Below, in pieces: positions 27,200-41,489 of a stretch of DNA of 64,000 nucleotides. How positions within the stretch are numbered: position 1 is the stretch's first letter; the number at the start of each line of letters is the position of its first letter. Under the pieces are notes generated by a model. That model was given only the letters and a program-made list of their open reading frames with translations. It was not told where the DNA came from and did not search any database. This DNA comes from Eledone cirrhosa (lineage: Eukaryota), in NCBI GenBank assembly GCA_964016885.1, contig OZ024764.1:18662001-18726000 (forward strand). Direction: 5' to 3'. The position numbers and the translations under genes are program-made.

Positions 27200-30100
27200 A
27201 CAAAAAGTACCCAGTCCACACTGTAAAGTGGTCACGTAGGTGTCACAACAAAAAGTACCCAGTCCACACTGTAAAGTGGTCATGTAGGTGTCATAACAAA
27301 AAGTACCCAGTCCACACTGTAAAGTGGTCAGGTAGGTGTCACAACAAAAAGTACCCAGTCCACACTGTAAAGTGGTCATGTAGGTGTCACAACAAAAAGT
27401 ACCCAGTCCACACTGTAAAGTGGTCAGGTAGGTATCATGACAAAAAGTACCCAGTCCACACTGTAAAGTGGTCATGTAGGTATCATGACAAAAAGTACCC
27501 AGTCCACACTGTAAAGTGGTCATGTAGGTGTCACAACAAACAACACCCAGTCCACACTGTAAAGTGGTCATGTAGGTGTCACGACAAAAAGTACCCAGTC
27601 CACCTCTGTAAAGTGGTCATGTAGGTTTCACAACAAAAAGTACCCAGTCCACACTGTAATGTGGTCATGTAGGTGTCACAACAAACAGCACCCAGTCCAC
27701 ACTGTAAAGTGGTCATGTAGGTATCATGACAAAAAGTCCCCAGTCCACCCTGTAAAGTGGTCATGTAGGTGTCACGACAAAAAGTACCCAGTCCACACTG
27801 TAAAGTGGTCATGTAGGTGTCACAACAAAAAGTACCCAGTCTACCATGTAAAGTGGTCATGTAGGTGTCACGACAAAAAGTACCCAGTCCACACTGTAAA
27901 GTGGTCGTGTAGGTGTCACAACAAAAAGTACCCAGTCCACACTGTAAGGTGGTCATGTAGGTGTCACAACAAAAAGTACCTAGTCCACACTTTAAAGTGG
28001 TCATGTAGGTGTCACAACAAAAAGTACCCAGTCCACACTGTAATGTGGTCATGTAGGTGTCACAAGAAAAAGTACTCAGTCCACACTGTAAAGTGGTCAT
28101 GTAGGTGTCATAACAAAAAGTACCCAGTCCACACTGTAAAGTGGTTATGTAGGTGTCATAACCAAAAGTACCCAGTCCACACTGTAAAGTGGTCATGTAC
28201 GTGTCACAACAAAAAGTACCCAGTCCACACTGTCAAGTGGTCATGTAGGTGTCACAACAAAAAGTACCTAGTCCACACTGTAAAGTGGTCATGTAGCTGT
28301 CACAACAAAAAGTACCCAGTCCACACTGTAATGTGGTCATGCAGGTTTCACAACAAAAAGTACCCAGTCCACACTGTAATGTGGTCATATAGGTGTCACA
28401 ACAAAAAGTACCCAGTCCACACTGTAAAGTGGTCATGTAGGTGTCACAACAAAAAGTACCCAGTCCACATTGTAAAGTTTTCATGTAGGTGTCACAACAA
28501 AAAGTACCCAGTCCACACTGTAAAGTAGTCATGTAGGTGTCACAACAAAAAGTACCCAATCCACACTGTAAAGTGGTCATGTAGGTGTCACAACAAAATA
28601 TACCCAGTCCACACTGTAAAGTCGTCATGTAGGTGTCACAACAAAAAGTACCCAGTCCACACTGTAAAGTGGTCATGTAGGTGTCACAACAAAAAGTACC
28701 CAGTCCACCCTGTAAAGTGGTCATATAGATGTCACAAGAAAAAGTACCCAGTCCACCCTGTAAAGTGGTCATGTATGTGTCACAACAAAAAGTACCCAGT
28801 CCACACTGTAAAGTGGTCATGTATGTGTCACAACAAAAAGTACCCAGTCCACACTTTAAAGTGGTCATGTAGGTGTCACAACAAAAAGTCCCCAGTCCAC
28901 ACTGTAATGTGGTCATGCAGGTTTCACACCAAAAAGTACCCAGTCCACACTGTAATGTGGTCATATAGGTGTCACAACAAAAAGTACCCAGTCCACACTG
29001 TAAAGTGGTCATGTAGGTGTCACAACAAAAAGTACCCAGTCCACACTGTAAAGTGGACATGTAGGTGTCATGACAAAAAGTACCCAGTCCACACTGTAAA
29101 GTGGTCATGTAGGTGTCACAACAAAAAGTACCCAGTCCACACTGTAATGTGGTCATGTAGCTGTCACAACAAAAAGTACCCAGTCCACACTGTAAAGTGG
29201 TCATGTAGGTGTCACAACAAAAAGTACCCAGTCCACACTGTAAAGTGGTCATGTAGGTGTCACAACAAAAAGTACCCAGTCCACACTGTAAAGTGGTCAT
29301 GTAGGTGTCACAACAAAAAGTACCCAGTCCACACTGTAAAGTGGTCACGTAGGTGTCACAACAAAAAGTACCCAGTCCACACTGTAAAGTGGTCATGTAG
29401 GTGTCATAACAAAAAGTACCCAGTCCACACTGTAAAGTGGTCAGGTAGGTGTCACAACAAAAATACCCAGTCCACACTGTAAAGTGGTCATGTAGGTGTC
29501 ACAACAAAAAGTACCCAGTCCACACTGTAAAGTGGTCAGGTAGGTATCATGACAAAAAGTACCCAGTCCACACTGTAAAGTGGTCATGTAGGTATCATGA
29601 CAAAAAGTACCCAGTCCACACTGTAAAGTGGTCATGTAGGTGTCACAACAAACAACACCCAGTCCACACTGTAAAGTGGTCATGTAGGTGTCACGACAAA
29701 AAGTACCCAGTCCACCTCTGTAAAGTGGTCATGTAGGTTTCACAACAAAAAGTACCCAGTCCACACTGTAATGTGGTCATGTAGGTGTCACAACAAACAG
29801 CACCCAGTCCACACTGTAAAGTGGTCATGTAGGTATCATGACAAAAAGTACCCAGTCCACCCTGTAAAGTGGTCATGTAGGTGTCACGACAAAAAGTACC
29901 CAGTCCACACTGTAAAGTGGTCATGTAGGTGTCACAACAAAAAGTACCCAGTCCACACTGTAAAGTGGTCATGTAGGTGTCACAACAAAAAGTACCCAGT
30001 CCACACTGTAAAGTGGTCATGTAGGTGTCACAACAAAAAGTACCCAGTCCACACTGTCAAGTGGTCATGTAGGTGTCACAACAAAAAGTACCTAGTCCAC

Positions 30101-33100
30101 ACTGTAAAGTGGTCATGTAGCTGTCACAACAAAAAGTACCCAGTCCACACTGTAATGTGGTCATGCAGGTTTCACAACAAAAAGTACCCATTCCACACTG
30201 TAATGTGGTCATATAGGTGTCACAACAAAAAGTACCCAGTCCACACTGTAAAGTGGTCATGTAGGTGTCACAAAAAAAAGTACCCAGTCCACATTGTAAA
30301 GTGGTTATGTAGGTGTCACAACAAAAAGTACCCAGTCCACACTGTAAAGTGGTCATGTAGGTGTCACAACAAAAAGTACCCAGTCCACACTGTAAAGTAG
30401 TCATGTATGTGTCACAACAAAAAGTACCCAGTCCACACTGTAAAGTGGTCATGTAGGTGTCACAACAAAATATACCCAGTCCACACTGTAAAGTGGTCAT
30501 GTAGGTGTCACAACAAAAAGTACCCAGTCCACACTGTAAAGTGATCATGTAGGTGTCACAACAAAAAGTACCCAGTCCACCCTGTAAAGTGGTCATGTAG
30601 GTGTCACAACAAAAAGTACCCAGTCCACACAGTCAAGTGGTCATGTAGGTGTCACAACAAAAAGTCCCTAGTCCACACTGTAAAGTGGTCATGTAGCTGT
30701 CACAACAAAAAGTACCCAGTCCACACTGTAATGTGGTCATGTATGTGTCACAACAAAAAGTACCCAGTCCACACTTTAAAGTGGTCATGTAGGTGTCACA
30801 ACAAAAAGTACCCAGTCCACACTGTAAAGTGGACATGTAGGTGTCATGACAAAAAGTACCCAGTCCACACTGTAAAGTGGTCATGTAGGTGTCACAACAA
30901 ACAGCACCTAGTCCACACTGTAAAGTGGTCATGTAGGTGTCACACCAAAAAGTACCCAGTCCACACTGTAAAGTGGACATGTAGGTGTCATGACAAAAAA
31001 TACCCAGTCCACACTGTAAAGTGGTCATGTAGGTGTCACAACAAAAATACCCAGTCCACACTGTAAAGTGGTCATGTAGGTGTCACAACAAAAAGTACCC
31101 AGTCCACACTGTAAAGTGGTCATGTAGGTGTCACAACAAAAAGTATCCAGTCCACCCTGTAAAGTGGTCATATAGGTGTCACAACAAAAAGTACCCAGTC
31201 CACCCTGTAAAGTGGTCATGTATGTGTCACAACAAAAAGTACCCAGTCCACACTGTAAAGTTGTCATGTAGGTGTCACAACAAAAAGTACCCAGTCCACA
31301 CTGTAAAGTGGTCATGTAGGTGTCACAACAAACAACACCCAGTCCACACTGTAAAGTGGTCATGTAGGTGTCACGACAAAAAGTACCCAGTCCACCTCTG
31401 TAAAGTGGTCATGTAGGTTTCACAACAAAAAGTACCCAGTCCACACTGTAAAGTGGTCATGTAGGTGTCACAACAAAAAGTACCCAGTCCACACTATAAA
31501 GTGGTCACGTAGGTGTCACAACAAAAAGTACCCAGTCCACACTGTAAAGTGGTCATGTAGGTGTCATAACAAAAAGTACCCAGTCCACACTGTAAAGTGG
31601 TCAGTTAGGTGTCACAACAAAAAGTACCCAGTCCACACTGTAAAGTGGTCATGTAGGTGTCACAACAAAAAGTACCCAGTCCACACTGTAAAGTGGTCAG
31701 GTAGGTATCATGACAAAAAGTACCCAGTCCACACTGTAAAGTGGTCATGTAGGTATCATGACAAAAAGTACCCAGTCCACACTGTAAAGTGGTCATGTAG
31801 GTGTCACAACAAACAACACCCAGTCCACACTGTAAAGTGGTCATGTAGGTGTCACGACAAAAAGTACCCAGTCCACCTCTGTAAAGTGGTCATGTAGGTT
31901 TCACAACAAAAAGTACCCAGTCCACACTGTAATGTGGTCATGTAGGTGTCACAACAAACAGCACCCAGTCCACACTGTAAAGTGGTCATGTAGGTATCAT
32001 GACAAAAAGTCCCCAGTCCACCCTGTAAAGTGGTCATGTAGGTGTCACGACAAAATGTACCCAGTCCACACTGTAAAGTGGTCATGTAGGTGTCACAACA
32101 AAAAGTACCCAGTCTACCATGTAAAGTGGTCATGTAGGTGTCACGACAAAAAGTACCCAGTCCACACTGTAAAGTGGTCGTGTAGGTGTCACAACAAAAA
32201 GTACCCAGTCCACACTGTAAGGTGGTCATGTAGGTGTCACAACAAAAAGTACCTAGTCCACACTTTAAAGTGGTCATGTAGGTGTCACAACAAAAAGTAC
32301 CCAGTCCACACTGTAATGTGGTCATGTAGGTGTCACAAGAAAAAGTACTCAGTCCACACTGTAAAGTGGTCATGTAGGTGTCATAACAAAAAGTACCCAG
32401 TCCACACTGTAAAGTGGTTATGTAGGTGTCATAACCAAAAGTACCCAGTCCACACTGTAAAGTGGTCATGTACGTGTCACAACAAAAAGTACCCAGTCCA
32501 CACTGTCAAGTGGTCATGTAGGTGTCACAACAAAAAGTACCTAGTCCACACTGTAAAGTGGTCATGTAGCTGTCACAACAAAAAGTACCCAGTCCACACT
32601 GTAATGTGGTCATGCAGGTTTCACAACAAAAAGTACCCAGTCCACACTGTAATGTGGTCATATAGGTGTCACAACAAAAAGTACCCAGTCCACACTGTAA
32701 AGTGGTCATGTAGGTGTCACAACAAAAAGTACCCAGTCCACATTGTAAAGTTTTCATGTAGGTGTCACAACAAAAAGTACCCAGTCCACACTGTAAAGTA
32801 GTCATGTAGGTGTCACAACAAAAAGTACCCAATCCACACTGTAAAGTGGTCATGTAGGTGTCACAACAAAATATACCCAGTCCACACTGTAAAGTCGTCA
32901 TGTAGGTGTCACAACAAAAAGTACCCAGTCCACACTGTAAAGTGGTCATGTAGGTGTCACAACAAAAAGTACCCAGTCCACCCTGTAAAGTGGTCATATA
33001 GATGTCACAAGAAAAAGTACCCAGTCCACCCTGTAAAGTGGTCATGTATGTGTCACAACAAAAAGTACCCAGTCCACACTGTAAAGTGGTCATGTATGTG

Positions 33101-36100
33101 TCACAACAAAAAGTACCCAGTCCACACTTTAAAGTGGTCATGTAGGTGTCACAACAAAAAGTCCCCAGTCCACACTGTAATGTGGTCATGCAGGTTTCAC
33201 ACCAAAAAGTACCCAGTGCACACTAAAATGTGGTCATATAGGTGTCACAACAAAAAGTACCCAGTCCACACTGTAAAGTGGTCATGTAGGTGTCACAACA
33301 AAAAGTACCCAGTCCACACTGTAAAGTGGACATGTAGGTGTCATGACAAAAAGTACCCAGTCCACACTGTAAAGTGGTCATGTAGGTGTCACAACAAAAA
33401 GTACCCAGTCCACACTGTAATGTGGTCATGTAGCTGTCACAACAAAAAGTACCCAGTCCACACTGTAAAGTGGTCATGTAGGTGTCACAACAAAAAGTAC
33501 CCAGTCCACACTGTAAAGTGGTCATGTAGGTGTCACAACAAAAAGTACCCAGTCCACACTGTAAAGTGGTCATGTAGGTGTCACAACAAAAAGTACCCAG
33601 TCCACACTGTAAAGTGGTCACGTAGGTGTCACAACAAAAAGTACCCAGTCCACACTGTAAAGTGGTCATGTAGGTGTCATAACAAAAAGTACCCAGTCCA
33701 CACTGTAAAGTGGTCAGGTAGGTGTCACAACAAAAATACCCAGTCCACACTGTAAAGTGGTCATGTAGGTGTCACAACAAAAAGTACCCAGTCCACACTG
33801 TAAAGTGGTCAGGTAGGTATCATGACAAAAAGTACCCAGTCCACACTGTAAAGTGGTCATGTAGGTATCATGACAAAAAGTACCCAGTCCACACTGTAAA
33901 GTGGTCATGTAGGTGTCACAACAAACAACACCCAGTCCACACTGTAAAGTGGTCATGTAGGTGTCACGACAAAAAGTACCCAGTCCACCTCTGTAAAGTG
34001 GTCATGTAGGTTTCACAACAAAAAGTACCCAGTCCACACTGTAATGTGGTCATGTAGGTGTCACAACAAACAGCACCCAGTCCACACTGTAAAGTGGTCA
34101 TGTAGGTATCATGACAAAAAGTACCCAGTCCACCCTGTAAAGTGGTCATGTAGGTGTCACGACAAAAAGTACCCAGTCCACACTGTAAAGTGGTCATGTA
34201 GGTGTCACAACAAAAAGTACCCAGTCCACACTGTAAAGTGGTCATGTAGGTGTCACAACAAAAAGTACCCAGTCCACACTGTAAAGTGGTCATGTAGGTG
34301 TCACAACAAAAAGTACCCAGTCCACACTGTCAAGTGGTCATGTAGGTGTCACAACAAAAAGTACCTAGTCCACACTGTAAAGTGGTCATGTAGCTGTCAC
34401 AACAAAAAGTACCCAGTCCACACTGTAATGTGGTCATGCAGGTTTCACAACAAAAAGTACCCATTCCACACTGTAATGTGGTCATATAGGTGTCACAACA
34501 AAAAGTACCCAGTCCACACTGTAAAGTGGTCATGTAGGTGTCACAAAAAAAAGTACCCAGTCCACATTGTAAAGTGGTTATGTAGGTGTCACAACAAAAA
34601 GTACCCAGTCCACACTGTAAAGTGGTCATGTAGGTGTCACAACAAAAAGTACCCAGTCCACACTGTAAAGTAGTCATGTAGGTGTCACAACAAAAAGTAC
34701 CCAGTCCACACTGTAAAGTGGTCATGTAGGTGTCACAACAAAATATACCCAGTCCACACTGTAAAGTGGTCATGTAGGTGTCACAACAAAAAGTACCCAG
34801 TCCACACTGTAAAGTGATCATGTAGGTGTCACAACAAAAAGTACCCAGTCCACCCTGTAAAGTGGTCATGTAGGTGTCACAACAAAAAGTACCCAGTCCA
34901 CACAGTAAAGTGGTCATGTAGGTGTCACAACAAAAAGTCCCTAGTCCACACTGTAAAGTGGTCATGTAGCTGTCACAACAAAAAGTACCCAGTCCACACT
35001 GTAATGTGGTCATGTATGTGTCACAACAAAAAGTACCCAGTCCACACTTTAAAGTGGTCATGTAGGTGTCACAACAAAAAGTACCCAGTCCACACTGTAA
35101 AGTGGACATGTAGGTGTCATGACAAAAAGTACCCAGTCCACACTGTAAAGTGGTCATGTAGTTGTCACAACAAACAGCACCTAGTCCACACTGTAAAGTG
35201 GTCATGTAGGTGTCACACCAAAAAGTACCCAGTCCACACTGTAAAGTGGACATGTAGGTGTCACAACAAAAAGTACCCAGTCCACACTGTCAAGTGGTCA
35301 TGTAGATGTCACAACAAAAAGTACCTAGTCCACACTGTAAAGTGGTCATGTAGCTGTCACAACAAAAAGTACCCAGTCCACACTGTAATGTGGTCATGCA
35401 GGTTTCACAACAAAAAGTACCCATTCCACACTGTAATGTGGTCATATAGGTGTCACAACAAAAAGTACCCAGTCCACACTGTAAAGTGGTCATGTAGGTG
35501 TCACAAAAAAAAGTACCCAGTCCACATTGTAAAGTGGTTATGTAGGTGTCACAACAAAAAGTACCCAGTCCACACTGTAAAGTGGTCATGTAGGTGTCAC
35601 AACAAAAAGTACCCAGTCCACACTGTAAAGTAGTCATGTAGGTGTCACAACAAAAAGTACCCAGTCCACACTGTAAAGTGGTCATGTAGGTGTCACAACA
35701 AAATATACCCAGTCCACACTGTAAAGTGGTCATGTAGGTGTCACAACAAAAAGTACCCAGTCCACACTGTAAAGTGATCATGTAGGTGTCACAACAAAAA
35801 GTACCCAGTCCACCCTGTAAAGTGGTCATGTAGGTGTCACAACAAAAAGTACCCAGTCCACACAGTCAAGTGGTCATGTAGGTGTCACAACAAAAAGTCC
35901 CTAGTCCACACTGTAAAGTGGTCATGTAGCTGTCACAACAAAAAGTACCCAGTCCACACTGTAATGTGGTCATGTATGTGTCACAACAAAAAGTACCCAG
36001 TCCACACTTTAAAGTGGTCATGTAGGTGTCACAACAAAAAGTACCCAGTCCACACTGTAAAGTGGACATGTAGGTGTCATGACAAAAAGTACCCAGTCCA

Positions 36101-36490
36101 CACTGTAAAGTGGTCATGTAGGTGTCACAACAAACAGCACCTAGTCCACACTGTAAAGTGGTCATGTAGGTGTCACACCAAAAAGTACCCAGTCCACACT
36201 GTAAAGTGGACATGTAGGTGTCATGACAAAAAATACCCAGTCCACACTGTAAAGTGGTCATGTAGGTGTCACAACAAAAATACCCAGTCCACACTGTAAA
36301 GTGGTCATGTAGGTGTCACAACAAAAAGTACCCAGTCCACACTGTAAAGTGGTCATGTAGGTGTCACAACAAAAAGTATCCAGTCCACCCTGTAAAGTGG
36401 TCATATAGGTGTCACAACAAAAAGTACCCAGTCCACCCTGTAAAGTGGTCATGTATGTGTCACAACAAAAAGTACCCAGTCCACACTGTA
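27200..36490. repeat. Tandem block duplication of 4273 bp (89 monomers +1 bp); the second copy carries a nested 960-bp (20-monomer) duplication
   Basis: ORF pairs 27579/31852, 27659/31932, 28775/33048, 29449/33722 and 30057/34330 all differ by 4273. Pairs 34330/35290 and 35004/35964 differ by 960. Pair 31025/36258 differs by 5233 (4273+960). Confidence 0.92.
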
Positions 36491-39400
36491 AAGTGGTCAT
36501 GTAGGTGTCACAACAAAAAGTACCCAGTCCACACTGTAAAGTGGTCATGTAGGTGTCGCAACAAAAAGTACCCAGTCCACACTGTAAAGTGGTCATGTAG
36601 GTGTCATAACAAAAAGTACCCAGTCCACACAGTAAAGTGGTCAGGTAGGTGTCACAACAAAAAGTACCCAGTCCACACTGTAAAGTGGTCATGTAGGTGT
36701 CACAACAAAAAGTACCCAGTCCACACTGTAAAGTGGTCAGGTAGGTATCATGGCAAAAAGTACCCAGTCCACACTGTAAAGTGGTCATGTAGGTATCATG
36801 ACAAAAAGTACCCAGTCCACACTGTAAAGTGGTCATGTAGGTGTCACAACAAACAACACCCAGTCCACACTGTGAAGTGGTCATGTAGGTGTCACGACAA
36901 AAAGTACCCAGTCCACCTCTGTAAAGTGGTCATGTAGGTTTCACAACAAAAAGTACCCAGTCCACACTGTAATGTGGTCATGTAGGTGTCACAACAAACA
37001 GCACCCAGTCCACACTGTAAAGTGGTCATGTAGGTATCATGACAAAAAGTACCCAGTCCACCCTGTAAAGTGGTCATGTAGGTGTCACGACAAAAAGTAC
37101 CCAGTCCACACTGTAAAGTGGTCATGTAGGTATCATGACAAAAAGTACCCAGTCCACACTGTAAAGTGGTCATGTAGGTGTCACAACAAACAACACCCAG
37201 TCCACACTGTAAAGTGGTCATGTAGGTGTCACGACAAAAAGTACCCAGTCCACCTCTGTAAAGGGGTCATGTAGGTTTCACAACAAAAAGTACCCAGTCC
37301 ACACTGTAATGTGGTCATGTAGGTGTCACAACAAACAGCACCCAGTCCACACTGTAAAGTGGTCATGTAGGTATCATGACAAAAAGTACCCAGTCCACCC
37401 TGTAAAGTGGTCATGTAGGTGTCACGACAAAACGTACCCAGTCCACACTGTAAAGTGGTCATGTAGGTGTCACAACAAAAAGTACCCAGTCTACCCTGTA
37501 AAGTGGTCATGTAGGTGTCACAAAAAAAAGTACCCAGTCCACACTGTAAAGTGGTCATGTAGGTGTCACAACAAAAAGTACCCAGTCCACACTGTAAAGT
37601 GGTCATGTAGGTGTCACAACAAAAAGTACCCAGTCCACACTGTAAAGTGGTCATGTAGGTGTTGAAACAAACAGAACCCAGTCCACACTGTAAAGTGGTC
37701 ATGTAGGTGTCACAAAAAAAAGTACCCAGTCCACACTGTAAAGTGGTCATGTAGGTGTCACAACAAAAAGTACCCAGTCCACACTGTCAAGTGGTCATGT
37801 AGGTGTCACAACAAAAAGTACCCAGTCCACACTGTAAAGTGGTCATGTAGGTGTCACAACAAAAAGTACCCAGTCCACACTGTAAAGTGGTCATGTAGGT
37901 GTCACAACAAAAAGTACCCAGTCCACACTGTAAAGTGGTCATGTAGCTGTCACAACAAAAAGTACCCAGTCCACACTGTAGTGTGGTCATGCAGGTTTCA
38001 CAACAAAAAGTACCCAGTCCACACTGTAATGTGGTCATATAGGTGTCACAACAAAAAGTACCCAGTCCACACTGTAAAGTGGTCATGTAGGTGTCACAAC
38101 AAAAAGTACCCAGTCCACATTGTAAAGTGGTCATGTAGGTGTCACAACAAAAAGTACCCAGTCCACACTGTAAAGTGGTCATGTAGGTGTCACAACAAAA
38201 AGTACCCAGTCCACACTGTAAAGTAGTCATGTAGGTGTCACAACAAAAAGTACCCAGTCCACACTGTAAAGTGGTCATGTAGGTGTCACAACAAAATATA
38301 CCCAGTCCACACTGTAAAGTGGTCATGTAGGTGTCACAACAAAAAGTACCCAGTCCACACTGTAAAGTGGTCATGTAGGTGTCACAACAAAAAGTACCCA
38401 GTCCACCCTGTAAAGTGGTCATATAGGTGTCACAACAAAAAGTACCCAGTCCACCCTGTAAAGTGGTCATGTATGTGTCACAACAAAAAGTACCCAGTCC
38501 ACACTGTAAAGTGGTCATGTATGTGTCACAACAAAAAGTACCCAGACCACACTTTAAAGTGGTCATGTAGGTGTCACAACAAAAAGTACCCAGTCCACAC
38601 TGTAATGTGGTCATGCAGGTTTCACACCAAAAAGTACCCAGTCCACACTGTAATGTGGTCATATAGGTGTCACAACAAAAAGTACCCAGTCCACACTGTA
38701 AAGTGGTCATGTAGGTGTCACAACAAAAAGTACCCAGTCCACACTGTAAAGTGGACATGTAGGTGTCATGACAAAAAGTACCCAGTCCACACTGTAAAGT
38801 GGTCATGTAGGTGTCACAACAAAAAGTAACCAGTCCACACTGTAAAGTTGTCATGTAGGTGTCACAACAAAAAGTACCCAGTCCACACTGTAAAGTGGTC
38901 ATGTAGGTGTCACAACAAAAAGTACCCAGTCCACGCTGTAAAGTGGTCATGTAGGTGTCACGACAAAAAGTACCCAGTCCACACTGTAAAGTGGTCATGT
39001 AGGTGTCACAACAAACAGCACCCAGTCCACACTGTAAAGTGGTCATGTAGGTGTCACAACAAAAAGTACCTAGTCCACACTGTAAAGTGGTCATGTAGGT
39101 GTCACAACAAAAAGTACCCAGTCCACACTGTAATGTGGTCATGTAGGTGTCACAAGAAAAAGTACTCAGTCCACACTGTAAAGTGGTCATGTAGGTGTCA
39201 CAACAAAAAGTACCCAGTCCACACTGTCAAGTGGTCATGTAGGTGTCACAACAAAAAGTCCCTAGTCCACACTGTAAAGTGGTCATGTAGCTGTCACAAC
39301 AAAAAGTACCCAGTCCACACTGTAATGTGGTCATGTATGTGTCACAACAAAAAGTACCCAGTCCACACTTTAAAGTGGTCATGTAGGTGTCACAACAAAA

Positions 39401-41489
39401 AGTACCCAGTCCACACTGTAAAGTGGACATGTAGGTGTCATGACAAAAAGTACCCAGTCCACACTGTAAAGTGGTCATGTAGGTGTCACAACAAACAGCA
39501 CCTAGTCCACACTGTAAAGTGGTCATGTAGGTGTCACACCAAAAAGTACACAGTCCACACTGTAAAGTGGACATGTAGGTGTCATGACAAAAAGTACCCA
39601 GTCCACACTGTAAAGTGGTCATGTAGGTGTCACAACAAAAATACCCAGTCCACACTGTAAAGTGGTCATGTAGGTGTCACAACAAAAAGTACCCAGTCCA
39701 CACTGTAAAGTGGTCATGTAGGTGTCACAACAAAAAGTACCCAGTCCACCCTGTAAAGTGGTCATATAGGTGTCACAACAAAAAGTACCCAGTCCACCCT
39801 GTAAAGTGGTCATGTATGTGTCACAACAAAAAGTACCCAGTCCACACTGTAAAGTGGTCATGTAGCTGTGACAACAAAAAGTACCCAGTCCACACTGTAA
39901 AGTGGTCATGTAGGTGTCACAACAAACAGTACCCAGTCCACACTGTAAAGTGGACATGTAGGTGTCATGACAAAAAGTACCCAGTCCACACTGTAAAGTG
40001 GTCATGTAGGTGTCAAAACAAAAAATACACAGTCCACACTGTAAAGTGGTCATGTAGGTGTCACAACAAAAAGTACCCAGTCCACACTGTAAAGTGGTCA
40101 TGTAGGTGTCACAACAAAAAGTACCCAGTCCACACTGTAAAGTGGTCATGTAGGTGTCACAACAAAAAGTACCCAGTCCACACTGTAAAGTGGTCACGTA
40201 GGTGTCACAACAAAAAGTACCCAGTCCACACTGTAAAGTGGTCATGTAGGTGTCACAACAAAAAGTACCCAGTCCACACTGTAAAGTGGTCATGTAGGTG
40301 TCACAACAAAAAGTACCCAGTCCACCCTGTAAAGTGGTCATGTAGGTGTCACAACAAACAGCACCCAGTCCACACTGTAAAGTGGTCATGTATGTGTCAC
40401 AACAAAAAGTACCTAGTCCACACTGTAAAGTGGTCATGTAGCTGTCACAACAAAAAGTACCCAGTCCACACTGTAATGTGGTCATGCAGGTTTCACAACA
40501 AAAATTACCCAGTCCACACTGTAATGTGGTCATATAGGTGTCACAACAAAAAGTAACCAGTCCACACTGTAAAGTGGTCATGTAGGTGTCACAACAAAAA
40601 GTACCCAGTCCACACTGTAAAGTGGACATGTAGGTGTCATGACAAAAAGTACCCAGTCCACATTGTAAAGTGGTCATGTAGGTGTCACAACAAAAAGTAC
40701 CCAGTCCACCCTGTAAAGTGGTCATGTATGTGTCACAACAAAAAGTACCCAGTCCACACTGTAAAGTGGTCATGTATGTGTCACAACAAAAAGTACCCAG
40801 TCCACACTTTAAAGTAGTCATGTAGGTGTCACAACAAAAAGTACCCAGTCCACACTGTAATGTGGTCATGCAGGTTTCACACCAAAAAGTACCCAGTCCA
40901 CACTGTAATGTGGTCATATAGGTGTCACAACAAAAAGTACCCAGTCCACACTGTAAAGTGGTCATGTAGGTGTCACAACAAAAAGTAACCAGTCCACACT
41001 GTAAAGTGGTCATGTAGGTGTCACAACAAAAAGTACCCAGTCCACACTGTAAAGTGGTCATGTAGGTGTCACAACAAAAAGTACCCAGTCCACACTTTAA
41101 AGTGGTCATGTAGGTGTCACAACAAAATATACCCAGTCCACACTGTAAAGTGGTCATGTAGGTGTCACAACAAAAAGTACCCAGTCCACACTGTAAAGTG
41201 GTCATGTAGGTGTCACAACAAAAAGTACCCAGTCCACCCTGTAAAGTGGTCATATATGTGTCACAACAAAAAGTACCCAGTCCACCCTGTAAAGTGGTCA
41301 TGTATGTGTCACAACAAAAAGTACCCAGTCCACACTGTAAAGTGGTCATGTAGGTGTCACAACAAAAAGTACCCAGTCCACACTGTAAAGTGGTCAAGTA
41401 GGTGTCACAACAAAAAGTACCCAGTCCACACTGTAAAGTGGACATGTAGGTGTCATGACAAAAAGTACCCAGTCCACACTGTAAAGTGG

